A stretch of 64,000 bases of DNA from Eledone cirrhosa. Taxonomy: Eukaryota. Each line of letters opens with the position of its first letter. The stretch's first letter is position 1. The position numbers were made by a program, and so were the translations under genes. Shown here one piece after another: positions 51,217-63,530 of this stretch. Below the pieces are notes generated by a model. That model ran no database searches, was not told the origin of the DNA, and saw only the letters and a program-made list of their open reading frames with translations. The DNA is taken from assembly GCA_964016885.1 (NCBI GenBank), contig OZ024750.1:35092001-35156000 (forward strand), given 5' to 3'.

Positions 51217-51839
51217 GGATCGCATAACATTCCATATTTAGGTATCTGTGTTCTCACATGTAGACGCATGTTCTTCTTTATGTTATAGGTTATGTACTGC
51301 CAGAGACTGCAAATTCACTCATTTGCCCAGGACAAAATGGTCTATCTCTACAAACAACAACAGCCGACAGTAAACCTCTACATTAGTATCTTTACCTGCT
51401 GAATAGTGAAGTTGTTAGCATCTCTCTCCTTGCTTCACTACATTATATACTTGCTGACCCTGAAGTAGGTGTAATGTCATCTAGAAATCAGCCTCTACAC
51501 ATATAATCTACTTGAGGTCAAGTATGTTCTTCAGATGCCTGCACAACTTGATTTATTGTTACCCCCAGGGAGACATAGTATAGGCACAAGACAAACATAT
51601 ATAGGAGAAGACTTGAAAACAGGACACAAACACACTTCTTTATATTTCCACACATGCATGCGTGTAAATAAACACATATATACACCCTTCTACACACACA
51701 CTCACACATACACATGCATACCGACTTCATCTACACACATGCAGCCACACCCCACACATACCTCCTACAGACATACCCACTTCCCCACACACACATACAG
51801 CCCACCTCCCACACACATATACACACATTTATTTCTGTG

Positions 51840-52332
51840 TCATCATCATCATCATCATATGTCCACTTTTCCCTGCTTGCAAGGGTGGGATGGGAACTGA
51901 TTTTGGCTTGATTTCTACAGCTGGATGCCCTTCCTAACACCAACCTCATTTACACTGAGTGCTGGGTGCTTTTTTTATTTTCCGTGGCGCCTAAACGTCC
52001 ACTTTACAGTGTGGGCTGGGAGCTTTTTTCCCGTGGTGCCTACACATCCACTTTACAGTGTGGGCTGGGTGCTTTTTTGCCGTGGCACCTCCACAACCAC
52101 TTTACAGTGTGGGCTGGGTGCTTTTTTTTTTTTGCTGTGGCACCTCCACAACCACTTTGCAGTGGAATGATAGGGATCCCAGTCCTATCATCTCATTTCT
52201 ACATCTGAGTAAACTGGAGCAATGTGAAATAAAGTGTCTTGCTCAAGGAAACAACTCATCACCTGGTCTGAGAATTGAACTCACAACCTTTCGATTGCAA
52301 GCCCAATGCTCTAACCACTAAGCCATGTGCCT
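51840..52332 (-). mobile_element. C1 tRNA-CORE SINE with an expanded internal ~49-bp repeat
   Basis: Same as 3781-4163 but CCACTTTACAGTGTGGGCTGGG.GCTTTTTT is repeated 3 times. Confidence 0.88.
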
Positions 52333-52411
52333 CTGCTATATATTGAAATTGTAAAATATAAACAATAAAACTGATCTATCATTTTTTATTATTCTTTCTT
52401 TTTACTCTTTT

Positions 52412-52562
52412 GAGTGTGTGTGTGTATATGTATGTAGATATATATGTATGTATGTGTATGTAGATATATGTGTGTGTATATGTATGTATGTGTATGTAGC
52501 TGTATATGTGTGTGTATGTATGTGTGTATGTATATATATATGTGTGTGTGTGTATGTATGTG

Positions 52563-52607
<45 letters not shown>

Positions 52608-52775
52608 ATGTGTATGTATATATATATGTGTGTATGTATGTGTATGTATATATATATGTGTGTGTGTATGTGTATATAGATATATAAGTGTGTGTATGTA
52701 TTGTATATAGATATATATGTGTGTGTATGTGTGTATCTGTATGTAGATATATATATGTGTGTGTGTATGTATATA
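52412..52775. repeat. Compound (GT)/(AT) microsatellite
   Basis: Directly visible. Confidence 0.9.
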
Positions 52776-52892
52776 TAAAGAAGAGCCTGTATATGTGCAG
52801 TGTCAACAATGTGTGGTGCGGCATTCAGACAAATGAGTCCTAACACTATTAAGTGATGTTGTTGTTTGTTTGAAGTGATGGTCATGGTTGTT

Positions 52893-53847
52893 CATAGTAG
52901 TCCCCCCTATAGGGACCTAAAGACATAGTAGTCGCTCCTATAGTGACCTCAAGACAGTAGTCGCTCCTATAGTGACCTCAAGACACAGTAGTCGCTCCTA
53001 TAGTGACCTCAAGACATAGTAGTTTCTCCTATAGTGACCTCAAGACAGTAGTCCCTGCTATAGTGACCTCAAGACATAGTAGTCCCTCCTATAGTGACCT
53101 CAAGACAGTAGTCCCTCCTATAGTGACCTCAAGACATAGTAGTCCCTCCTATAGTGACCTCACACCTAGTAGTCCCTCCTATAATGACCTCAAGGCATAG
53201 TAGTCGCTGCTATAGTGACCTCAAGACATAGTAGTCCCTCCTATAGTGACCTCAAGACATAGTAGTCCCTCCTATAGTGACCTCACACCTAGTAGTCCCT
53301 CCTATAATGACCTCAAGGCATAGTAGTCGCTGCTATAGTGACCTCAAGACATAGTAGTCCCTCCTATAGTGACCTCAAGACATAGTAGTCCCTGCTATAG
53401 TGACCTCAAGACATAGTAGTCCCTCCTATAGTGACCTCAAGACATAGTAGTCCCTCCTATAGTGACCTCAAGACATAGTAGTCCCTCCTATAGTGACCTC
53501 AAGACATAGTAGTCCCTCCTATAGTGACCTCACACCTAGTAGTCCCTGCTATAATGACCTCAAGGCATAGTAGTCCCTCCTATAGTGACCTCAAGACATA
53601 GTAGTCCCTGCTATAGTGACCTCAAGACCTAGTAGTCCCTCCTATAGTGACCTCAAGACATAGTAGTCCCTCCTATAGTGACCTCAAGACCTAGTAGTCC
53701 CTCCTATAGTGACCTCAAGACATAGTAGTCCCTCCTATAGTGACCTCAAGACCTAGTAGTCCCTCCTATAGTGACCTCAAGACATAGTAGTCCCTCCTAT
53801 AGTGACCTCAAGACCTAGTAGTCCCTCCTATAGTGACCTCAAGACAT
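52893..53847. repeat. Minisatellite, 31-bp unit (shorter variants), about 31 copies
   Basis: TAGTAGTCCCTCCTATAGTGACCTCAAGACA repeated. Confidence 0.95.
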
Positions 53848-54082
53848 CTAAACAATTTGAAGTTATAGTTGTTAATGTAAGCAACTTTCACACCTGAGGA
53901 ATTGCAATCTAATCTGTACTATAAAGTTGATTATTAATAAGGATGAAAATCAATCGACAAGACCCCAGTTACCAAATGAGGTGGAACTTGTCAAATCAGA
54001 CCAAGGAAACAATGTTTCCATTGGTCTTTCCTAACAATCAACAAGAGGAGTTGACAAAGAAATGAGATAACGAGGTGATAAA

Positions 54083-54491
54083 ATCTGACCATGCTCACTT
54101 ACACCTCTCTAAGACAATGTCACTGGATTTTTGGTGTCATGCAGTTGTACAGAAGACTCACCTTCCCATGTAGGCACCTCTTAACCCCATATACACCCTA
54201 CCCCACACACACTACCCCATCCTCCCATTTCTGTTCATCAAGTATGTCGATGACACAACAGTCCACACTGTAAGGTGGTCGTGTAGGAGCCACAGTAAAA
54301 AGGCTCCTAGTCCACACTGTAAATTTGGTTGGTGTTAGGCAGGGCATCCAGCTATAAAAAAAACCTGCCAGAGACATTTCCATAGCAGCAAGACAAGGTC
54401 TCCCGACCATTCCCGCATCAAATGGAACAAAACTGTCTAACCCATGCTAGCGTGGAAGATGGACGTTAAATGATGATGAGGATGATGATGA
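54083..54491 (+). mobile_element. RTE-b 3' end, diverged
   Basis: CACTTACACCTCTCTAAGACAATGTCACTG as at 4203, followed by the UTR motif and (GAT)n tail. Confidence 0.7.
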
Positions 54492-54591
54492 TATATATAT
54501 ATTCAGGGAGTGTAATGTGGAGTTACAGGCGAAAACATTCCTCGTAATTAATCCACCAATCAAAACAACTTAAACTGACCAACATTTCATT

Positions 54592-54907
54592 TCATTTTTA
54601 CGTCCGCTTTTCCCTGCTTGCAAGGGTGGGACGGGAACTGATTTCTACAGCTGGATGCCCTTCCTAAAACCAACCTCATTTACAGTGAGTGCTGGGTGCT
54701 TTTTTGTCGTGGCACCTACACGACCACTTTACAGTGGAATGATAGGGACCTCAGTCCCTATCATCTCATTTCTACAGCTGAGTAAACTGGAGCAATGTGA
54801 AATAAAGTGTCTTGCTCAAGGAAACAACACATCACTCGGTCTGAGAATTGAACTCACAACCTTTCGATTGCAAGCCCAATGCTCTAACCACTAAGCCATG
54901 TGCCTCC
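54592..54907 (-). mobile_element. C1 tRNA-CORE SINE
   Basis: Near-identical to 8873-9203. Confidence 0.88.
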
Positions 54908-55117
54908 ATATGAATGTTAGATTTTTTTATATGCCATGTCTATTCATTCTGTCATCACTACTACAGAGGTTCAATGAGCTTTTGATTCCAGAGTCAGGCT
55001 AGATCGATACAGATCGAACCTTGAGCTGATCAGTAGCACAATGCGCATCACCAACCAATAAACGTAATGAAGGAGTAACCATTCGTTCTTGTATTATATA
55101 TATATATATATATATAT

Positions 55118-55300
55118 GGTGGCTGCCAACTCGTTTTCGAGTATGGCCACTACTTTATATCCATGTAGGAGAACCCCTACCGATGCGCTAAACAAGTGTG
55201 ACTTTTTAGTCCAGCCAGCGACTTGAAAACTCTGGTACAAACGCTACACTTGTGACAATTATTGACACATAGTGCTGGGCCCATGGTACCATGTGACGAC
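55118..55300 (-). mobile_element. LINE 3' end with a C-terminal C2H2 zinc finger (RTE/BovB-like)
   Basis: CSVCTRVFKSLAGLKSHTCLAHR* followed by a short UTR with a CTCG-AAAA-CGAG stem-loop that ends at (TA)n. Confidence 0.6.
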
Positions 55301-55780
55301 AAGTGCAGAGAGATATAAAGCAATGACTGTGCCGTGAAGCTTTTATAGTGAGCAAAGGCACTGCACAAAGCCAGTCCCACTCTCTTAACCAAGATGATAT
55401 TTACCAAAAAGAAGAACAAGTCAACATCATATATATATATATATATATACACACACATATATATATATATAACTTTGATGACTTTGATAGGTTTTGGCCA
55501 GTATTGGCCCGGGTCATGTCTAATTTAATAGCGCCACCTGGCTATATAATTTCCAGCAGTTACTCTGATGATGTGCATATGGTATAAGATGTATGGTGTT
55601 ATACAGTAATATAAGCTACATGTGTCAGTCTCTATGTATAAGATGTATGGTGTTATACAGGAATATAAGCTCTATGGGTTAATGTCCTGCTGAAGATGAT
55701 ATAATGTGATGTATAGAATGGTCAATGTTGTTGTTATTGTTGTTTAACCTCAAGTCAAGATCAGTCACACAGACATATGA

Positions 55781-56081
55781 TTAACCCTTTAATGTTCAAA
55801 CCGGCCAAAACTGGCCAGAATTCTCTATCTTTTTCTGTTGAAACTGGCTGTAACTGGTCACTCAAACTGATGTTAAGGTATTGTTCTCAAAATAAATAGT
55901 TTCAAAATCTCATAGATTCGATATTATGTGAGATAATTATGTGAGATAAAGCCTTTACCATGAAAATACAATAGTATATATAGAGTAATGTGAATGTTAT
56001 GTGAGATAATTATGTGACGTAAAGCCTTTACCATGAAAATATAATAGTATATATAGAGTAATGTTAATGCTAAAGGTTTAA
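55781..56081 (-). mobile_element. P1 piggyBac-type MITE with one internal duplication
   Basis: TTAACCCTTTAATG..ATGCTAAAGGTTTAA; reverse complement of the 12632-12859 family. Confidence 0.8.
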
Positions 56082-56093
56082 AGGTGTTCCAGT

Positions 56094-56353
56094 TGTAGCG
56101 TTCTCTAGACAAAGGGAAGTAGCTGGAGTTACTTCCCGTTGAATTCTAGAGGATTCCTTGAACTTCCGGTCTAGGGATTATAAAGGAGGGAGAAAAGAGA
56201 CATCTTAGCTTTTTGCCGACCGGCTCTCGGACAGTTCACTCACGAGCGAGTTTGTTATAATCTTATTATATCTGTATCGAATTTAATTAGTGGTTGGCCT
56301 GCAGTGGTTTTTACCAAAGTAAATAACCCTGTGACCAACTCAAGACTACTACA
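56094..56353 (+). mobile_element. Probable solo LTR
   Basis: 260 bp with TGTAG...CTACA termini, central TATAAA, late AGTAAA and CpG content higher than the flanks. No clear TSD. Confidence 0.5.
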
Positions 56354-56452
56354 ATGATGTATCCTTCCATTTTTGAAAGGAAGTAGAGCATAATAAACAA
56401 TGTAAAGTTGAATAGAAGGCATGGCACAAACAAAGAGAGTTAACAGTGTAGA

Positions 56453-56676
56453 TTAACATTTAGCATTTACATTACTCTATATTTACTATGGTATTTTCAC
56501 GGTAAACACTTTCACATAATTATCTCACACAATATCGAATCTACAAGATTTTTATATTATTTATTTTGAGATCAATACCTTAACATAAGTATGAGCAGCC
56601 GGTTATGGCAAGTTTGAACAGAAAGGGGTGAGAGAGTTCTGGCCAGATACGGCCGATTTAAATGCTAAAGGATTAA
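56453..56676 (+). mobile_element. P1 piggyBac-type MITE
   Basis: TTAACATTTAGCATTT..AAATGCTAAAGGATTAA. Confidence 0.78.
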
Positions 56677-57104
56677 AGGTTTTCAGGTATGAAAATCCTT
56701 TCTGTTTTTCAGACATACTGTATCCAAAACTACTTAAATACAATGATATATCCTTCCATTTTTGAAGAAAACCAGTAGAGTGTAATAAACAATTTGACAT
56801 TGTATAGAAGACATGGCACAAGCAAACAGAGTTAACAGTTTGGATTAAAAGCAATTATTCATGTATAAAAGGAAAACAACTGCACTGGTGTGGACATGTG
56901 ATGTGAATAAATAATGAAGGTTGTAGGAAATGGGTTGCAGTGGAAGGTGTATATAGTTTTGACAGATGAAAGAATACAAGAAAGAATGGTGAAGCCAAAT
57001 GTTGGGATCTGAAACCTCACAGACAAAACGACATAAAATTTGTTACAAATGGAATTATAGTTTATAACCACTCAATCCATGACAGCAGGAAATGTATGTC
57101 AATG

Positions 57105-57352
57105 CTGTTGTTGTTGATGATGATACTGGTGGTGGTGATGGTGATGGTGATGGTTATGGTGATGATGATAGTTATGGTAATGGTAGTGGTGGTGGTGGTA
57201 GTTATGGTGATGATGATGATGATAGTTATGCTGATGGTAGAGGTGGTGGTAGTTATGGTGATAATGAGGATGATAGGTTGATGGTGATAATGGTGGTGAT
57301 GATGATGATGATAGAGTTAGTGGTGATGTTGATAGTTATGATGATGATGATG
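57105..57352. repeat. (GAT/GGT)n trinucleotide repeat
   Basis: Directly visible. Confidence 0.9.
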
Positions 57353-57502
57353 TATTTGAATTTATCTATTCAATACTTTAATCGATTTTGTCAAAACTCA
57401 ACACTGTAGGTGGTTATATTTCAACAATTAATTTCATTCTTTGTTGATCTTAAGTAAATTTATCGTAAAATTACAAGATAGATATGTCTGAAATACACAT
57501 TC

Positions 57503-57955
57503 ACTAAATGTTGGGTCTTCTCAAAAAGATAGCCCTGAAATATATAGATGTAGTAACCCTGCTTTACTAAATATTGGGTCTTCTCAAGATATATTATAGC
57601 CCTGAAATATATAGATGTAGTAACCCCTTTCTTTACTAAATATTTGGTCTTCTCAAGATATATTATAGCCCTGAAATATATAGATGTAGTAACCCTGCTT
57701 TACTAAATATTGGGTCTTCTCAAGATATATTATAGCCCTGAAATATATAGATGTAGTAACCCTTCTTTACTAAATATTGGGTCTTCTCAAAAAGATATAT
57801 TATAGCCCTGAAATATATAGATGTAGTAACCCCCTTCTTTACTAAATATTGGGTCTTCTCAAAAAGATATATTATAGCCCTGAAATATATATAGATGTAG
57901 TAACCCTCCTGTATTGAATATTGGGTCATATATAAATAGGGCTGAAATATACAGA
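57503..57955. repeat. Minisatellite, ~67-73-bp unit, about 6-7 copies
   Basis: CTAAATATTGGGTCTTCTCAAGATATATTATAGCCCTGAAATATATAGATGTAGTAACCC repeated. Confidence 0.92.
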
Positions 57956-58047
57956 TTTAATCCCCTTTTATATATATATATGTGAGTGTGTATATATATG
58001 TATATATACATAATACATATCATCATCATCATCCCTAATATAAATAT

Positions 58048-58328
58048 ATCATCATCATCATCATCATTTTTACGTCCGCTTTTCCCTGCTTGCAAGGGTG
58101 GGACGGGAACTGATTCTGGCTTGATTTCTACAGCTGGATGCCCTTCCTAACACCAACCTCATTTACAGTGAGTGCTGGGTGCTTTTTAAGCCGTGTCACC
58201 TCCACAACCACTTTACAGTGGAATGATAGGGACCCCAGTCCCTGTCATCTCATTTCTACAGCTGAGTAAACTGGAGCAATGTGAAATAAAGTGTCTTGCT
58301 CAAGGAAACAACACATATCCCGGTCTGA

Positions 58329-58332
<4 letters not shown>
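58048..58332 (-). mobile_element. C1 SINE lacking its tRNA head
   Basis: C1 body ends at CCGGTCTGAGAAT, followed by (TA)n. Confidence 0.85.
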
Positions 58333-58378
<46 letters not shown>

Positions 58379-58650
58379 TAATAAGAGGAATTCCAACTTT
58401 GTCTGATTTACTCGTTTTATTTACAATCCTTTAAAATATATATTTACATCTCATTACAGTTGAAAATTGCAAACTCGACTGTCACCACATATCATGAACC
58501 TGAAGATTGCGAAAGCATGAAAGTACTTGTTCAATTAACACTTAGAATTTAATATTCTATCATACTATTTCATTATAATACCATTATATATATTTTAAAG
58601 GATTGTAAATAAAACGAGTAAATCAGACAAAGTTGGAATTCCTCTTATTA
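58379..58650. mobile_element. Fold-back element: perfect 64-bp inverted repeat enclosing a hammerhead
   Basis: 58379-58442 is the exact reverse complement of 58587-58650. Confidence 0.75.
58495..58533 (+). ncRNA. Minimal type I hammerhead ribozyme
   Basis: TGAAC-CTGAAGA-TTGC-GAAA-GCAT-GAAA-GTAC-TT^GTTCA. 5-bp stem I, GNRA-capped stem II with U.U at its base, palindromic AAGTACTT stem III. Confidence 0.7.
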
Positions 58651-58827
58651 ATATAATCTTCTATACACAATCATACACACCCGTGTATATTTACCTATCT
58701 ATATCTATATCTATATATATATATATATGTATGTATGTATGTAAAAGGTAAACAGAAATAACAACACAAACGGTACAGTATATGGAAGGAATATATTAGG
58801 TTAACACTTGATATAGCAGGAAGAGGG

Positions 58828-58863
58828 TCTTAACGTTTCAGACACTAGTCCTTCATCAGAAGA
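58828..58863 (-). ncRNA. Minimal type I hammerhead ribozyme
   Basis: Minus strand TCTT-CTGATGA-AGGAC-TAGT-GTCT-GAAA-CG-TT^AAGA. Palindromic AACGTT stem III and 4-bp stem I. Confidence 0.7.
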
Positions 58864-59245
58864 AAGAATGAGAAATAAGATAGATTGAAGGGATGGGCGG
58901 GATGGAATTGGAAAAAAATGTCTTTAGATAAAAATAACAGGTCCATTCATGTTGACATCTCTTACAAAACTGTTGGTGCTGGTGGCACACACACACACAC
59001 ACGCACACACACACATACCCTTTATATTGAAATTAATGTTTTCTCTTTCCAGCTCTCTGTTTATATTTTACTCTTTCCCTTCTCCTTAAATACAACATTT
59101 CTTCCATTGCTCTTTAATTAGATTCAATGTCTAATTTGTTAAGTATTTTCTTAATTGTCAATTGTATTTCCAAATGTGATACATTGAGTTACCTTCAAAA
59201 TGAAACTTACCTGAATATTGTTCATAGATGTGTAAACCTTATTGA

Positions 59246-59473
59246 TTAACCCTTTAGCACTTACATTACTCTATATTGAATCTTGTATTTTGGCAGCAAA
59301 GCTCTACTTGACATAATTATCTCACATAATCTCAAATCTATGAGATTTTGATATTATTTATCTTGTGAACAATACCTTAACATCAGTATGAGTGGCTGGT
59401 TATAGCCAATTTGAACAGAAAGAGGTGAGAGAATTCTGGCCGAATATGGGCAGTTTAAATGCTAAAGGGTTAA
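59246..59473 (+). mobile_element. P1 piggyBac-type MITE
   Basis: TTAA|CCCTTTAGCA ... TGCTAAAGGG|TTAA, a perfect 10-bp TIR. Confidence 0.85.
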
Positions 59474-59493
59474 AACTAACATCTAGTTATAAT

Positions 59494-59895
59494 TCAATCC
59501 AATCCAGCGCCTTCTCACTCCTGTTGGAGGAACCCCTCCCTAGTTGACCTCCAACCAATCCAATCCAGGGTCTTCTCACTCCTGTTGGAGGAACCCCTCC
59601 TTAGTTGACCTCCAACCAATCCAGGGCCTTCTCACTCCTGTTGGAGGAACCCCTCCCTAGTTGACCTCCATCCAATCCAGGGCCTTCTCACTCCTGTTGG
59701 AGAAACCCCTCCCTAGTTGACCTCCATCCAATCCAGGGCCTTCTCACTCCTGTTGGAGGAATCCCTCCCTAGTTGACCTCCAACCAATCCAGGGCCTTCT
59801 CACTCCAGTTGGAGGAATCCCTCCCTGGTTGACCTCCATCCAATCCAGGGCCTTCTCACTCCTGTTGGAGGAACCCCTCCCTAGTTGACCTCCAC
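59494..59895. repeat. Minisatellite, 56-bp unit, about 7 copies
   Basis: CCAATCCAGGGCCTTCTCACTCCTGTTGGAGGAACCCCTCCCTAGTTGACCTCCA repeated. Confidence 0.93.
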
Positions 59896-60883
59896 CACTT
59901 TCTAATTGGTTTTTGTCATGTCTTCAGGGATGTAGCCATACTCGCCATGCTTGGTCAATTGTGGTTTAGTGAGGCTATTTAACCCTTAGTTGGGGTGGAT
60001 GGCCATTGACTCTAAGGAGTTCATCTGCCATTTTAACATCTCTAGTTTTTTGTGCTCGAGGCTTCCACATACCCTCCTCACAAGAGCAGGGTCTTGTGAG
60101 GGAGCCCATTTAGTTTCCGACCATTTGACCATGAAGCAGGTTGTATTGGGTTACATGGCGCCAGTAGCAGGCAGAAGCCTGACATGGCTATAAGATCTCA
60201 TGGTAATATTAGAATTAACAAAACAAAATAACCAACATTAAAATTTTATAACATTTCCCTTTCATTAACGATGTCATAATATCCTTGTAATATTAGACAT
60301 TACAATGAAAAACAAACATGACTTGTTTTCAGCACTCACTGGTTGATTATTATCTGAAACAAATACAATGGCTTCTGAATATTAACAAGAAGTAAATTTG
60401 TTATCAACAATTCTCTAGGCCACAAATGAAAGATTTGTTAAATATAAAACGATGTCCTAGCACAGTTTCATGTATCTCTATATTCAATTATTCATTCACA
60501 TATATATTCATTCAGCTATTTATTCATTTAACACTTTATTCATTGATTTCTTTGCCTTACTATTCGCTTGCTTAAGCATTTATTGTTTTCGTGCACTTCT
60601 TTCTTTATTAATTCCTATACTCTTTCCTTCCTGGCCTGGTCGAAGCTGTATTGATTAGTTCATTTGCAGCTACTTTGGCCTAGCTTCTGCCAATTTTACC
60701 TGAAAGCCACGATTCTCTCTTGTCTGTGTAATATCACCCACTGTATTTAGATTTAGATTCAATATTTTAACAACAACTATTCACAGGAAAATAATTACGA
60801 CTCTATAAATAGTAACCATACCTATCCATGTTAGCATGAACTCTCTTCACTTCTATAGAAACCTCTCCCAATATCATCACAAT

Positions 60884-61628
60884 TTAACCCTTTCATTACC
60901 ATATTTCTAATGAAAGACACTGTCTAGGGTTTTTCAAGGAATTTTGAAAATAATTAAGAATTTGAAGGGATTTAGCAATATAAATAATTTTCTCATTATT
61001 AAGTTTGGAACATAACATAACAAAAATTCCTACATAAAACTATGATGGGAGATTTTAAAATAAATATCTTCTATTTGAGTCATCCATTTTTCAAAGATGA
61101 AGCATTCATTTTGCTTTTTCTAATGGATAGAATATATGAAACAATCTTTTATCACAGAACCAGAGGCAGATTTGGGCAGTTTCGTATCGGAAGGGTTAAA
61201 CATTCTTTACTGTGTTTTTAGAACTATAAAAATACTTCAATATTTAATATGAGTCAATGAAGAGGTCTCTACATGGCTATTTAACCTGCTAGAAATAGCA
61301 GTTAAATTCCTGTCTTAAAACAGGAATGATATATGTGACAATGTAGTCCTAGTTATAGGAAAAGAAAATAATGCTTTTCTTTATAGTTTTGCCCCTTTAG
61401 TTACAAATCTGTCCAAAACCAACTCTGATTCTATTAAACAAAACCACCCATTTTAAAGGTTTGCAATTTAAATTAAAATCTTCCAACATAATTTTATATA
61501 AGAACCTGAAATTAAGTTACTATCTTAGTAATTAAATAATTAGTAATTTTAGTAAATCCCTAAAAATTCATCATTAATTAATTAAAATAGAGTGAATTTC
61601 ATTAGAAATGCAGTCATGAAAGGGTTAA
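60884..61628. mobile_element. Two P2-related piggyBac-type MITEs (60884-61199 -, 61392-61628 +)
   Basis: TTAACCCTT / AAGGGTTAA termini and internal similarity to 50668-50908. Confidence 0.65.
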
Positions 61629-62278
61629 GTTGGGAGGAAATGGTAGCTGTGATTAATACAGCTTTAGTTTTAGAGCTCATATAGGAATAAACAACAACAA
61701 TAACAGCTTTAAATTTTAACAAATTTTAAACCTTTCTAAAGTATCTAAAAAGTATCTAAACTTATTTTAACTGATTTATTAGCCCTCCCCTCTCTGGCAT
61801 AATAGGGTTAACATAATATCATCATATCTCTCTCTTTCTGTCTTTTTTTTACTCTTCACGATATGACGTTTGCTTTTCAGATTTCCCAGAATTATTCTCA
61901 ATTTTGATATTTCATTACAAATGAACCCATCTGTCATGCCCCATTTATTCATTGTTTATTGATAGTTGAACATGTATCAAATAGTTTAATGACATACTTC
62001 AGATGGAATATACTGTCAGAGATAGTGTAGTATCAGCTACTGTTAATGACAATCCATGTTTAGCAATGGGTGTGATATGAGTAGCATGCCATTTATATTG
62101 ATATAGGCTACAATATGGTGGGTGGGGGTCTTGGCTCAATTCTTGTTTAGCAATGGGTGAGATAACTAGCCTTCCGACATAGGCAATGGTAGGGAGATGT
62201 TGGCCCCATTGGGTTTTGAGAGGTTTTGATCCTTCTTAGGAGGCTATTCTATTTTTCATTTTCTTTTTGGAAATTTCA

Positions 62279-62314
<36 letters not shown>

Positions 62315-62317
<3 letters not shown>

Positions 62318-62640
62318 TGGCGGACTGGGTCTAAAAATATTGGTTGCCAGGAAATAAAGGGGGCCCACCGACATATAGAATGTTATCATTTAATTTTCAT
62401 AATGAACAAGTAACATTTTTTTAAAAATACATAAGTGAAAACAAAACAGACAATCAAATTTTTGCAGAAAAAAACGTGTATTTTTTACTAATTATAGTGT
62501 ATATATACTTTACATATTACTGGCAGTATACAGTAACACTAAATATTAATACAGAATGTTATAATTGAATTTTTAAATAATTGTGAATGTATAGTATACT
62601 GTTATTTAGAGTAGAGTGTGCAAGTGACCGTTCTTACCTT
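62315..62640 (+). mobile_element. Left end of a hAT-like DNA transposon
   Basis: CAGTGGCGGACTGG terminus with a GGGGGCCC subterminal motif after (TA)n. The right end was not found. Confidence 0.35.
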
Positions 62641-62696
62641 CGTCAATAAAATATATATAAAGAACCTTGTGAAATATTCACATGCAGAGACTTTCA

Positions 62697-62888
62697 ATAA
62701 TTGTTTCTTCTTTTGGCACAAGGCCAGCAAATTATTCCAGTGTATTGCTGGTACTTTATTTTATCGACCCCGTAAGGATGAAAGGCAAAGTTAACCTCGG
62801 CAGGATTTGAACTCAGACCATAAAGGGCCGTAACTCTTTGCTGCAAAGCATGGCGTCCAACCCTCTACTGATACTGCCAATCCACAGC
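62697..62888 (-). mobile_element. M1 SINE
   Basis: Reverse-complement M1 consensus. Confidence 0.85.
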
Positions 62889-63139
62889 CATAGAGACTTT
62901 CAATAATAACTTTTGGACTTTCACATTCACTCAATATAATAAAAATTATTGTGTACAGTGCTCAGGTGCACTACAACTTATCAAAGGTGCATGTATAGTA
63001 CATAGAAACATGATATTATTTAGAGTAACAATTATAATAATGACAACTATAATGACGGCAATATTTAAAAAAAAAAGGGAAACAAAAGGAAAGAGAGAAT
63101 AGGGAAATTTAGATAAGAAAAAGAACAGAAAGGGAAGAG

Positions 63140-63530
63140 GATGGCAAGAACTCTTGTGTCGAGGGGTGCTGGCTCCAGTTGTGATGGAAACCAGCTGTGT
63201 CTAGGCTTCTTCTCAATATGTTGTTGAGAGCGGCATGTCGGGGAGGAACCGGCCAGTGCTCTGCCGCCAGGGTGCAGGGTGAACTTGTCAACAACCGCCC
63301 TGCGGAGGCCAAGGCATTGGGATACTCCGATGTGAGTGCACTCATCATCAAGTAGGGTACCGGTTGACGATGAGTGCACTCACATCGGAGTATCCCAACG
63401 CATCATCAAGTAGGGTACCGGTTGATGAGGAGGGCACCAAATTGAGCCACATGCCGCTGTTGGGCTGAGAAGTGGAGCGGATGCAGGTGAGGCAGTGTTG
63501 GTCCAAGCCAGACTCGATCCACTGGGAGTG
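63140..63530 (-). mobile_element. CRE-type non-LTR retrotransposon internal fragment, rearranged
   Basis: SGMWLNLVPSSSTGTLLDD..IGVSQCLGL..VD..PRHAALNNILRRSLDTAG, the region just upstream of the RLE, with internal duplication and inversion. Confidence 0.75.

Noticed and set aside
55177-55458. Host C2H2 zinc-finger gene
   Set aside because: A single finger directly followed by a stop, a short stem-loop UTR and a microsatellite, which fits a LINE C-terminus.
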